Shown here piece by piece: positions 1 to 10,711 of a stretch of DNA of 64,000 bases (position 1 is its first letter; each line of letters starts with the position of its first letter). The position numbers and the translations under genes are program-made. The stretch covers positions 29,140,001 through 29,204,000 of the forward strand of contig NC_043003.1 of the NCBI RefSeq assembly GCF_006345805.1, written 5' to 3'. The notes below the pieces were generated by a model. The model was not told the DNA's origin, did not search any database, and saw only the letters and a list, made by a program, of their open reading frames with translations. Origin of the DNA: Octopus sinensis. Lineage: Eukaryota.

Positions 1-213
1 ACAGTGATGGTGGGATCGTCGATTTCGAGCAGTGTAAGTAGTCGCGCGTAGTTGGCACCCAACAAGAAAAGGAATAATTACAGCAATCGATAATTTCAGT
101 GTGATTTTGGCTGTTAAAGAGAAATTTAAAATAGATATTTCCCTAGATGTTACCTGAAACTGAACTTGAAATCGTTGTCGCCTTTCAAGAAATCAGTCAA
201 CACCTCCATTATT

Positions 214-385
214 CTTATCTACACTAGGCACGCGGCCCAAAATTTGGGGGAGGGGGCCAGTCGATTAGATCGGCACCAATACGCAACTGCTACTTAATTT
301 ATTGATCCCGAAGGATGACAGGCAAAGTCGATCTCGGCGGAATATGAACTCAGAACGTAAAGACAGACGAAATACCGCTAATGCC
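214..385 (-). mobile_element. tRNA-derived SINE, family A (Meta/MESC-like core), 5'-degenerate copy
   Basis: Reverse complement of the recurring core GTTCTGAGTTCAAATTCCGCCGAGGTCGACTTTGCCTTTCATCC...GTCGAT...AGTACCAG plus tail GGCCTTGTGCCTAG. Confidence 0.8.
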
Positions 386-847
386 TTCTGACGGTAGTGA
401 TTTGGGGCAAATATTCGCTGTTGTCTCTAGCATGTCAAGTGACCACCTTTGGGTTTCTTCGTTAGCCCTAAGAACAATTGTGAATGTGGGGAGCGTGCTT
501 ATGTATGTGTCAGTATATATGGCTTTGAGTGTGTGTGTGTGCGAGCGCGCATGTGCAGATGTGTAGTAGAATGATGTAATGTGGATGAGTCAATTTAGCA
601 AGAAGTGATGGCAACGAGGGTAGCGCTGGATCTATTCTCGTAAACAAACGCTATTTATACGTCCGGTCGTTCAGATAACAGATTTGCAACTGATCCGGCG
701 TGTAAAGCTGTATAAAGCTGTGTGTATACCAGTTAATGAAGGTACCTCAAAGTGGTCTTTAAGCATGGTAGAAACAACAGCAAAAATAACTACCCTTTAC
801 ATAATGGAAGGTCAGAATGGATGATTGTAATCCTAGACGTGGATATA

Positions 848-1212
848 GTGGAACTCCGTCGGTTACGACGGTGAGCGTTCCAGCTTATCCGATCAACGGA
901 ACAGCCTGGTCGCGAAGTTAACGTGCTGAGCACTCCACAGACACACGTACCCTTAATGTAATGTACCCTTAATGTAACGCGTACCCTTAATGTAATCTCC
1001 CTGTATCACTCAGGGAGATTCGACGTGACATAGAAAGTGACAAGGCCGGCCCTTTGAAATACAGGTACTACTCATTTTTTGCCAGCTGAGTGGACAGAAG
1101 CAACATGAAATAAAAGTGTCTTGCTCAAGGACACAACGCGCCGCCGGGAATCGAACTCACGACCTTACGATCGTAAGCCGATTACCTTAACCGCTAAGCC
1201 ACGCGACTTCAC
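848..1212 (-). mobile_element. tRNA-derived SINE, V-domain-like core with RTE-like 3' tail
   Basis: Minus strand has A-box TGGCTTAGCGGTTAAG, B-box GTTCGATTCCC, core GTGTCCTTGAGCAAGACAC..CACTCAGCTGGC, and a tail shared with 63216-63600. Internal triplication of GTACCCTTAATGTAA. Confidence 0.8.
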
Positions 1213-1227
1213 TATGGATGTTATATC

Positions 1228-1443
1228 GTTTCTACTCTAGGCACAAGGCCTGAAATTTGGTGGGGAAAGGTGCCTGTCGATTAGATCGACCTCAGTACGC
1301 AACTGGTACTAAATTTATCGACCCCAAAAGGATGAAAGGTAAAGCCGACCTAGGCGGTATTTGAACTCAGATCGTAGTGGCAGACGAAATATCTCAAAGC
1401 ATTTCGGCCGGCGTGCTATCATTTCTGCCAGATCGCCGCCTTA
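1228..1443 (-). mobile_element. SINE family A, near full length
   Basis: Head (rc) TAAGGCGGCGATCTGGCAGAAA, B-box, MESC-like core, tail GGCCTTGTGCCTAGAGTAGAAA. Confidence 0.85.
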
Positions 1444-2075
1444 CTATGGAAGTAATATAACTGGATAAAAGATGTAATTAGAACTCTTATGTGAGGTATG
1501 ACCAGTAACACCAACCACAACAACAATAGCTAAACCAATACAGGAACTACTATGTAATCGCTCGACCTGCTGAAAATAGCAACCAAGTTATTCTCAAACC
1601 ACCTCTTCGACAGTAGAAAAGCTGGAGGGAATTTACTGATACAGTTAGTTCCTAGAAAATAAAGCAAGCGATGGAGAGTGGAGTGGTCACTAAAATACCG
1701 AGGAGAGACGCAGGGCTCTAAAATTCTGGGGTGGCTAGATTACTTTCAACCTTTGGTCCAATCGATCATCAACGACATGGAAACGTAACATTAACTACTA
1801 CTGCTACTGCTACTACTGCTACTGCTACTACTACTACTGCGTACTTTAGACGTTCGTTTGTGTAGATAAGTGATTTGCTACGGATCCGGCGCTAGAGCTT
1901 GTTCCAAATATAGAACAGACAATTTATAAATAACACACGTGGTTTACATTAGCACCGTTTTATTTCCGACGTCCTGTTGCCTCTGATTATACACACTTCT
2001 CCCTCTCTTCCGTCCTCTCTTTCTCTTTCTCTCTCTCTCCCATCATAAGTGTGTATGTGTATGAATGTATGTATG

Positions 2076-2130
<55 letters not shown>

Positions 2131-2132
<2 letters not shown>

Positions 2133-2310
2133 CGGGAAGATTTATGAAAATAAACAAAGACGAAGGCAGGTGGAAAACAAACGAACAATTGTATTAGTAT
2201 GGCGCTCAGGAATATAAATAAAACAAGTCTTTAACGTTTCGAGCCTACGCTCTCAACAGAAAGATACACAGAGAGGAAAAACACAGAAAGAGGAGAGTAT
2301 GTATATCCAT
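2131..2310 (-). mobile_element. Penelope-like non-autonomous fragment inside (TA)n, carrying a hammerhead motif
   Basis: Flanked by (TA)n on both sides; homologous layout to 49381-49590 (GCTCAGGA..TTAACGTTTCGAGC). Confidence 0.55.
2228..2264 (-). ncRNA. Minimal type I hammerhead ribozyme-like motif (A6U core variant)
   Basis: rc reads TCTTT-CTGTTGA-GAGC GTAG GCTC-GAAACGTT-AAAGA; stems I (5 bp) and II (4 bp) pair perfectly; palindromic stem III AACGTT. Confidence 0.6.
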
Positions 2311-2372
2311 ATCTTATCTACAAATCATATGATATATATATATCTTGTATCTCTCTCTCCCTCTTTATCTCT

Positions 2373-2473
<101 letters not shown>

Positions 2474-2818
2474 TTAGAGAAATTTGTAGTATATAGATTC
2501 AGAGAATCGTATGGCTACTACAGAAGAAGCTAACAGTCCACATGTCTATTTGCATTGATTTGTAAATTACTATTGTATTCTATAATACCAAACACATATT
2601 AATGCAAACCGAAAAGTATAAATTCATAAAATTGTTCCACACCGAAATTAATAGTCCATGAGGAAAAAGTTGCGAAACGGCCGTATTCCTAAGGATATCA
2701 CGTGGTTAAATAATTTATATTCATCTCTCATACCTCTTCACACACACACACACATATATATTATACATATATTATATATATATATATATAACATACATAC
2801 TTATATATATATATATAT

Positions 2819-2850
<32 letters not shown>

Positions 2851-3009
2851 ATATATAATATATATATATGATTTTGATTTGATTTTGATTGTAGCTATAT
2901 TATATAATATCTATATAATATATATATTATATATATATATAATATATATATATATATAATATATGTTATATATATATATATATATATTAATATCTATATA
3001 TATATATAT

Positions 3010-3046
<37 letters not shown>

Positions 3047-3139
3047 TACATATACATATATATATATATATATGTAAATATATACAGAATATATATTATA
3101 TATATATATATGCATATTGGTATATACATATATATTCTT

Positions 3140-3340
3140 TTATTCATTTAGTAGTTTCAGTCATTTGACTGCCGCCATGCTTGAGCACAGCCTTTAGTCG
3201 AACAAATCGACCCCAGGACTTATTCTTAGTAAGCCTACTACTTATTTTATTGTTCTCTTTCGTTGAACCGCTAAGTTACGGGACGTAAACACACCAACAT
3301 CGGTTATCAAGCGATGGTGGGGGACAAACACAGACACACA
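3140..3340 (-). mobile_element. SINE family B (CORE-like, OR-type), 3' half
   Basis: rc of the recurring tail ...CGTCCCGTAACTTAGCGGTTC...GTGCTCAAGCATGGCGGCAGTCAAATGACTGAAAC. Confidence 0.85.
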
Positions 3341-3394
3341 CACAAATACATAATACATATATATACATATATATATATATACATATATATATAT

Positions 3395-4292
3395 AAAGGG
3401 AACAAAAACGGAATCGAGGACATCAGAACATTCGGACAGATATACGATACAAAGACGAACAAGAGAAACAACAATTAGAAGGACAGGCAAAGAAAAAGAC
3501 GGTTCATTCGTGGCTGTCTTTCTTCAGTCAAGTTCCAGAAGTCACTACCATTTCGGGCAGTTACACTTGAGATGGTTCAACTGGTTGCCCCAAAAAAGTC
3601 TAAGCCAAGTGCATTAGACTCCTTTGTAAGAAAGCTAGTGAATGTGTGCGGCAACAAAGACAAAGAAACATACAAACAAAAATCGGAGAACTTGATACAC
3701 AATTATGAATACAAACAACAAGAAATAGCATGTCTTTCGACTGAGAATGAATCAAATTGAGCTGGCGTGTATGAAGTGAAAGCCTAAAGGCAAGAACATA
3801 AGAGATGGATATAAGAGGTGCTGGCGGTCGGTAGTCAGGCCAAGAAAGAAAGATCTTGGCTGGCCGGACACCGGTCACATGGAAGGAGGTGAGATGGGTG
3901 GGGGACAGCGCGATCGAAGGATTAGAAAAAAATCAGAGACAAAGAGAAACGTGAGATAAACGAGTGGGAAATAGTGTGAGTTAAAGAAAGAGAGGGCCAA
4001 GAAATGTGAGAGAGGAGTAGCGAGAAAAGGGAAGAAAAATGAGGGAGGAATAAAAGATAGAGTAAGAGTCCTACAAAATTTAGATACCTACTATAAGGTG
4101 AGCACAAGGGTGTACGTACGCCGCTATAATATATATAAATATAAAAAAGGAACAAAAACGCAATAGAGGACATTAAAAACATAGATGTTACAAAAGCGGA
4201 CAAGAGAAACAACAATTAGAAGGACAGAAAAAAAAAGACGTGGCTTTCTATCCTCAGTCAAGTTCGGCAAATTTCTATCCTCAGTCAAGTTC
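3395..4292 (-). mobile_element. Penelope-like unit bounded by two diverged ~140-bp direct repeats
   Basis: 3395-3540 and 4146-4292 share GGAACAAAAACG..GAGGACAT..CAAGAGAAACAACAATTAGAAGGACAG..TCAGTCAAGTTC; each ends (rc) in CTGA(A/G)GA. Confidence 0.45.
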
Positions 4293-4665
4293 GGCAAATT
4301 TGTTGTTGAAGATGCACCTAAATTTGAAAAACTTGTAATTGCTTAAAATAAATTTATTTACATATATACCGAACTAGTTTCAACAATATTTTTTTGTTTA
4401 TCAATGGTAAAGATTTAGAATTATGAATTAGAAAAACATCTTCAAAAATTTCAATGTTGACAAGTTTAGATGTTCATAACAATCAATATTATTTAAACTT
4501 GTCAACATGGAAATTTTTAATGTTTTTCTAATTCATAATTCTAAATTTTTACCATTGATAAACAAAAAATATTGTTGAAACTAGGTTGGTATATATGTAA
4601 ATAAATTTATTCTAAACAATTACAAGTTTTTCAAATGTAGGTGCATTTTCAACAACAAATCTGCC
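4293..4665. mobile_element. Foldback MITE with ~175-bp inverted arms
   Basis: Arms 4293-4468 and 4494-4665 are near-perfect reverse complements around a 25-bp spacer; termini GGCA(A/G)ATTTGTTGTTGAA. Confidence 0.8.
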
Positions 4666-4764
4666 TATAGTTTTACCTGCGTGGAAACACCACCCCATCT
4701 TTTGTTATATATATATATACACGTACGTATGTATGTATGTATGTATGTATGTATGTATGTATGT

Positions 4765-4900
4765 ATGGTTGATCCGAAATTGTGAATGAATTGCACCACT
4801 TCCTGGACTCAGTAATTCCGTACAATCGTTCTGAGAGTTCAATAAGCTCCTATGCAGGAATTTCTTTTGATTTAGTATAGCACAGTAATGGACCCACTTT
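4765..4900 (-). mobile_element. Possible degenerate mariner transposase C-terminal fragment
   Basis: Frameshifted EKWVH...KKF...LSERL..ITESR resembles a mariner C-terminus. Confidence 0.3.
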
Positions 4901-5369
4901 TCAATCCAATCAGCTATAAAACCAGCGGCACAATACAGCTTGAAACGACCAGAAATCAATTACACCTCGGATATTTTGTACGAGTTTATCTTCTCCTAGA
5001 AGGGAGTTCTAACGAGAACTAGGGATCGTTCACTCCAAGTGGTTCACATGCTAATTAATCCATTTGTAGGACCTTAGTATGCCCTACTCCGGGTCAGAGT
5101 AGACTTAGATGCAATAGTAGCTAAGATATGGTTCCACACTCTCCAAAACTCTGGGACTTCTGTAGTAGGAGCCCTCTACCGAATGCAGTGTAAAATCATA
5201 CCCAGAACATATATCATATATGTTTTAGCTTTTACTAGTTTCAGTCATTGAACTGCAACCATGGTGAAGTACCGTCTTTAACGGTTTGAAGAAGGACAAA
5301 TCGTCAGTGAGGAAGCGGTTACTAGTGGATACTGGCCACTGGTGAGCTCAAAGAAGCAGTAATCTGTAT

Positions 5370-5490
5370 TTAGCAATTCTACCGCCTCTGTTGAACGCTT
5401 TTCCTCTGTTGCTAATATACATCTGTGTTTTTTAGCACCATACATCTATATGAGATGCTTTCTCGTGACGAATAGTGCAGTTTTCTGACT
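5370..5490 (+). mobile_element. Possible hAT dimerisation-domain remnant
   Basis: Translation SNSTASVERFSSVA resembles the hAT SAxVERxFS motif. Confidence 0.3.
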
Positions 5491-5987
5491 TTCTACAGTG
5501 TATCCAAGTTAAGTAAGGTATACAGAATGATATTCTCAACCAATATTGCTTCCATCGTTTATGTAACTGAGACAGAGATAAAAAAACATTGATCATAGAA
5601 CAAACATCAAATTCGAGTCAACGACTTTATATATAACACCATACCTCAAACATTTGATCATATATAAATATTACCATGATTGTTACACATATAAAATTAT
5701 ACATACACACAAAAAAACATAGAAGGTAAAAATATATATGCGAATAAAATACAAATATATAGCACGGCCTATCAAAAACTATATATAAATGACTAATAAT
5801 TCATAAAAATTCTAAAGCGTGTCATGCAACTAAAAAATTAAATAAACTAAGTTAAAATAAAATATCAATCGACTAGAAAAAATTTTTTTAAGTTTTTTTT
5901 ACTCCCTTCACACAAGAGTACGTCCAGAAAGTTCAATTCTTAAAACCATGGTAGGTTAGAGTCCTAATAGTATGTGTGTGTGTGTGT

Positions 5988-6020
<33 letters not shown>

Positions 6021-6074
6021 GTGTGTTCTTTTATTGTGTGTGTGTGTGTTCTTTTATTTGTGTGTGTGTGTGTT

Positions 6075-6275
6075 CTTTTTTATTTGTTTCAGTCATTTGA
6101 TTGCAGCCATGCTGGAGCACTGTCTTTAGTCAAACAAATCGATCCCAGGACTTATTCTTTGTAAGCCTAGTACTTATTCTGTCAGTTACCTTTGCCGAAC
6201 CGCTAAGCTACGGGGACGTAAACACACCAGCATCGGTTGTCAAGCGATGGTGGGGGGGACAAACACAAACACACA
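6075..6275 (-). mobile_element. SINE family B, 3' half
   Basis: Same tail sequence as 3140-3340. Confidence 0.85.
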
Positions 6276-6334
6276 AACTACTCAGTCAATTATTTTCTCT
6301 CTTCCTAAGTGTGTGTGTGTGTATGTGTGTGTGT

Positions 6335-6367
<33 letters not shown>

Positions 6368-6667
6368 TGTGCGTGCGCGTGTACTCGAATTATGGACAGT
6401 TTATTTAACAGTTCAAAACTGATGAATCAGTCCGTTGTTGTAAGTGACAAAATTTCTCGCTGACCGCCATCCAAAGGGCAACGGAAGGAAATATGTGTGT
6501 GTGTATGTGTGTGAGTGTGTGTATGTATGTATGTATGTTTGTATGTATGTATGTATGTATGTATGTATGTATGTATGTATGTCAATATATGTATGTCCGT
6601 ATATTTATGCCCATATATGTATGCAAGTATATATTTATATGATATAATAATTGCCGTTGTTGCTGTT

Positions 6668-7071
6668 AAAGTGACGAACTGGCAGCACGTTGGACAAAAT
6701 GCTAAGCATCAGTTCTTCTGGTTCTTTGCAGTCTGAGTTCAAACTTCACCGAGGCCGATTTTGCCTTTCACCCTTTCACGTTCGATGAAATATGTACCAC
6801 TAGGGTCGAAGTGATTGACTAGCCTCTTCCGCTAAAATTTCAGGCATTGCGCCCATAGGAGAAAGGCGAAATGCTTTGCGGTATTTCGTCTGCAGCTACG
6901 TTCTGAGTTCAAATTCCACCGAGGTCGACTTTACCTTTCATTCTTTCGTGGTCGATAAATTAAGTACCAGTTGCATACTGGGATCGATCTAATCGACTAG
7001 CCCCTCCCCCAAAATTTCGGGCCTTGTGCCTAGAGTAGAAGAGATTATTATTATTATTATTATTATTATCA

Positions 7072-7115
<44 letters not shown>

Positions 7116-7675
7116 GTCATTATTATTATCGTTGTTGTTATTGTTATTAAGGCGGCGAGCTGGCAGAAACGTTAGCACGCCGGGCGAAATGCCTAGTGGT
7201 ATTTCGTCTGTCGTTACGTTCTGAGTTCAAATTCCGCCGAGGTCAACTTTGCCTTTCATCTTTTCCGGGGCGATTAAATAAATATCAGTTACGCACTGGG
7301 GTCGATGTAAATGACTTAATCCCTTTGTCTGTCCTAGTTTGTCCCCTCTATGTTTAGCCCCTTGTGGGCAATAAAGAAATAAGAAACGTTAGCACGCCCG
7401 GCGAAATGCTTAGAGGTATTTCGCCTGTCTTTACGGTCTGAGTTCAAATTCCGCCGAGGTCGACTTTGCCTTTTATCCTTTTGGGGTCGATAAATTAAGT
7501 ACCAGTTGCGCACCGGGGTCGATCTAACAGACTGGCCCCCATCCCCCCAACATTCTGTGCCTTGTGCCTAGAGTAGAAAGGATTATTATTGTTGTTGTTA
7601 TTGCAAAGGTGGTGAGTTGGTAGAGGCGTTAGCGCATCGAACAAAGTGCTTAGCTGCATTTCTTCGGGCTCTTTA
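6668..7675 (+). mobile_element. Head-to-tail cluster of about five family A SINEs separated by (ATT)n
   Basis: Copies at about 6668-6858, 6865-7043, 7148-7381, 7381-7583 and 7605-7675, each with head and/or GTTCTGAGTTCAAA B-box and core. Confidence 0.85.
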
Positions 7676-7764
7676 CCTATCATACCTTAGGAGTCGCTAT
7701 AATTCGTTGGATTATTACTATTATTTATTGACAGAAATGTGTGGATGGCATTTATCACGAAACT

Positions 7765-7890
7765 CCCTGCTGTGTGGTAAGAATTTTGCTTCCTAACCAC
7801 ACGATTCCAGGTTCAGTCCCGCTGCGTGGCATCTTGGGCAAGCATTTCTATTGTAGTCCCGAACTAATCATGGCTTTGTGTGAGTGGATT
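7765..7890 (+). mobile_element. SINE family B, 5' half
   Basis: GCTGTGTGGTAAG..GGTTCAGTCCCGCTGCGTGGCATCTTGGGCAAG. Confidence 0.75.
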
Positions 7891-7957
7891 TAATGTATGT
7901 GTGTGTAATATATATAGATATATATTAATAATATATATACACATATACACGTGTGTT

Positions 7958-8057
7958 NNNNNNNNNNNNNNNNNNNNNNNNNNNNNNNNNNNNNNNNNNN
8001 NNNNNNNNNNNNNNNNNNNNNNNNNNNNNNNNNNNNNNNNNNNNNNNNNNNNNNNNN
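7958..8057. other. Assembly gap (100 N)
   Basis: Run of N. Confidence 1.
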
Positions 8058-8094
8058 AACACCTGCGTGTATATTTCTTGAAAGTTATCATAAT

Positions 8095-8290
8095 CCTTTC
8101 TGCTATAGGCACAAGGCTTGAAGTTTTGGGGTCAGCTGTCAGTCGAATACATCGACCCCCAGCGCTCAGCTGGTACTTGTTTCGTTAACCTCGAAAGGAT
8201 GAAAGGAAAAGTAGACCTCGGCGGAATTTGAGCTCGGAAAGTGAAGACGAATGAAATGTTGCTAAGCGTGTTAATGATTTTCCCAGCCCG
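8095..8290 (-). mobile_element. SINE family A, degenerate
   Basis: GGCACAAGGC..CTGGTACTT..GAAAGGATGAAAGG..GACCTCGGCGGAATTTGA. Confidence 0.8.
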
Positions 8291-8482
8291 CTGTCTTTTG
8301 ATAGTTATAATGAGGCACGCATATGTGTGTGTGCGTGCGTGTGTGTGTGCGCGCGCGCGTGTGTGTGTGTATATACACACACAAAAAAAACAAAACTGAA
8401 AACACGACACCTTCCAAATCTAGCGTTGGCCGGTTCGCTGACTATGTTATAAGTATATCTACGTGTATATGTGTGTGTATGC

Positions 8483-8517
<35 letters not shown>

Positions 8518-8530
8518 TGTATGTATATAT

Positions 8531-8564
<34 letters not shown>

Positions 8565-8729
8565 CTATATTATACACCGCATACATAAAAATGCAGCGTA
8601 CATTTAAACAAATAAGAGGTGTCCATCACAGGACTACCTTACGCTAGAAGGAACAGCCAAAGTCCAAACCACCAATTAGGAATAAAAATTTCTAAGGGAA
8701 TGAAAAATAAAAACATTTACCATCTATTT

Positions 8730-8798
8730 CCTGGACCATGGTTTCAGACTTTTTCTTGCAAATAAAACAACTAGCTAGGCGAAGTTTTCGTCAGCGGG
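8730..8798 (-). ncRNA. Hammerhead ribozyme-like motif with long loop II
   Basis: rc reads CCCG-CTGACGA-AAACTT..30 nt..AAGTCT-GAAACCATGGTC-CAGG; intact core, palindromic stem III, GUC triplet, one mismatch in each of stems I and II. Confidence 0.55.
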
Positions 8799-8880
8799 TA
8801 CGCCAAGATTAAACATATAAGCACGAGGCAAATCCAGCAAGTGCCTATTGCTTATACATCCCGTATGTCGTATACATATA

Positions 8881-9045
8881 TACGATGGGCTTCTTTCAGT
8901 TTCCATCTACCAAATCCACTCAAAAGATCTTGGTCGGCCCGAGGCTATAGCAGAAGACACTTGCCCAAGATACCGCGCAGTGGGACTGAACCCGGAACTA
9001 TGTACTTGGTAAGCAAGCTACTTACCACACAGCCACTCCTGTGCC
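8881..9045 (-). mobile_element. SINE family B, 5' half (tRNA head and CORE-like domain)
   Basis: rc GGCACAGGAGTGGCTGTGTGGTAAG..GGTTCAGTCCC..CTTGGGCAAGTGTCTTC. Confidence 0.85.
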
Positions 9046-9780
9046 TATTTGTATACTGTATTGTGTCTATATTTGCATGTATGTATATATATATATATAT
9101 ATTATGTATTTGTGTATGCATTGCAGGCAAATCAGTTTATCGAAAACTGGAGTCTGATTATGCCATAAACACAGTGAAACTTCGAAGTCACTATCAATAT
9201 AATTAATATAAGACTAATTATGACACATAATAGAATACGTACGTATCTTATTGCCAGGTAAGTATGACCCTCCCTGGGTGTGAATCCCATGTTAAGTAGT
9301 GTAGTGTATTTATTCTTCATATAACTCTTTCTTCCGAAATGACCAATTAAATGTTTCTTTGTCCAATCTGAGTAGTTCTACATACAGCCTCACAACGGGA
9401 TTAACAATAGTTGTTGTTGGTATTGTTGTTGCTGGAGATGGAGGTAATGGTAGTTATAGTAGTGTCGTAGTTGTTATTGTTGTTATTGGTGGTGGTGGTG
9501 GTGGTGGTGGTGGTGGTGGTGTTATTGCGGTTGTTTGCGATAAAGGACCCGATATATCTGCAACGTGGTAGTAGGGTGTGCAAGAAATAGCAGCCAAAGC
9601 TTTCCTGCTCCGGGGAAAGAAGCCGTTTACGCGTGGTTTCGATGTCACATTCGTTGAAAGTATACGAAATAACTTGGAAAAGAAAAAAAGAACCCACGAA
9701 ACAAAACTCCGTTGCTGGGACCAACGGGTCACGTCCTCGCGTTGTTGTGTTTTTTTGTGCTTTCTTGTTTGGATTAACTT

Positions 9781-9811
<31 letters not shown>

Positions 9812-9812
<1 letters not shown>

Positions 9813-10092
9813 GAGGCGCAATGGCCCAGTGGTTAGGGCAGCGGACACGCGGTCGTAGGATCGCGGTTTCGATTCCCAGACCGGGCGTTGTAAGTGATTC
9901 TTGATCGAAAACACCTAAAAGCTCCACGAGACTCCGGCAGGGGGTGGTGATCCCTGCTGTACTCTTTCTTCTGTTGGCCTGCTCGCTTAGCCAGCGGGGT
10001 GACGTCATTCGAAGGCTAAAACAATGCGAACGCATTGTGACCAGCGATGTGTAACAACATCTGATGGTCTGGTCGGTCACGTGATCACGTGA
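9812..10092 (+). mobile_element. tRNA-derived SINE family C with stem-loop tail
   Basis: A-box TGGCCCAGTGGTTAGGG, B-box GTTTCGATTCCC; tail contains hairpin ACAATGCG-AA-CGCATTGT and ends GGTCACGTGATCACGTGA. Confidence 0.8.
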
Positions 10093-10099
10093 CATACAT

Positions 10100-10138
<39 letters not shown>

Positions 10139-10354
10139 CGAGGAAGAGCTGAAAAGATTCTGACTTTGAGTAAAAGAAAATGCAGGGGAATTAGTTAATT
10201 ATGATTTTATCCAATATATTTCCCTCTCAGGTTCACACATTTATTGCAGCGGCCCTTCAGTTTTTCTAAGCCCTGTAAAAGAACTTGGAATGTTGTGCCT
10301 CCAGCCAGGCCTTTCGCGATACTCTTGAAGCCAGGAACTCTGCAGCACTCCTCA
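10139..10354 (-). mobile_element. Mariner-derived MITE
   Basis: Imperfect TIRs (CGAGGAAGAGCTGAAAAGATTCTGACTT versus rc TGAGGAGTGCTGCAGAGTTCCTGGCTT); minus-strand LEKLKGRCNKCVNLRGKYIG* is a mariner-type C-terminus. Confidence 0.65.
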
Positions 10355-10675
10355 TGTGTGTGTGTGTGTGTGCGTGCGTGCCTAGAAAACGGGATTCTAC
10401 AGTATCCCTGTACCAAACCCCAGTCGTAACCTTTCGCATACAGATACAAACACACGGGCAGAACGAGCGCATACACACGCGCGCGCCCACACACACACAC
10501 ATGCACTCTCTCACACACACACACACCACACACATACACACACACACACTGTCACACAAACAAAGAACCTCCTTAATATATTAATGTACCTAGTATACAT
10601 AGATACATAACGAAATGCGTTCACATATACACACAAACGTATTCAACACATTACGCACACAAAGAACGAAAGAAA

Positions 10676-10677
<2 letters not shown>

Positions 10678-10711
<34 letters not shown>

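Noticed and set aside
1-40. Possible exon end (SDGGIVDFEQ) with GTAAGT donor
   Set aside because: Only about 33 nt are visible at the window edge, the donor context is atypical, and the peptide is not identifiable.
6668-7675. Regularly recurring repeats that could mimic a CRISPR array (also 45930-46111)
   Set aside because: They are SINE copies or spacer-less tandem units in eukaryotic DNA; no unique spacers and no cas genes.
7958-8057. ORFs spanning the N run
   Set aside because: Assembly gap; adjacency across it is not established.
9625-9665. Other weak hammerhead look-alikes (also about 6420, 25459, 28090, 33100)
   Set aside because: Each has multiple core changes or no credible stem II; too degenerate to call.
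9812-9885. tRNA-like sequences at SINE 5' ends
   Set aside because: A and B boxes are present but they run into SINE cores and I could not form a full cloverleaf; not called as tRNA genes.
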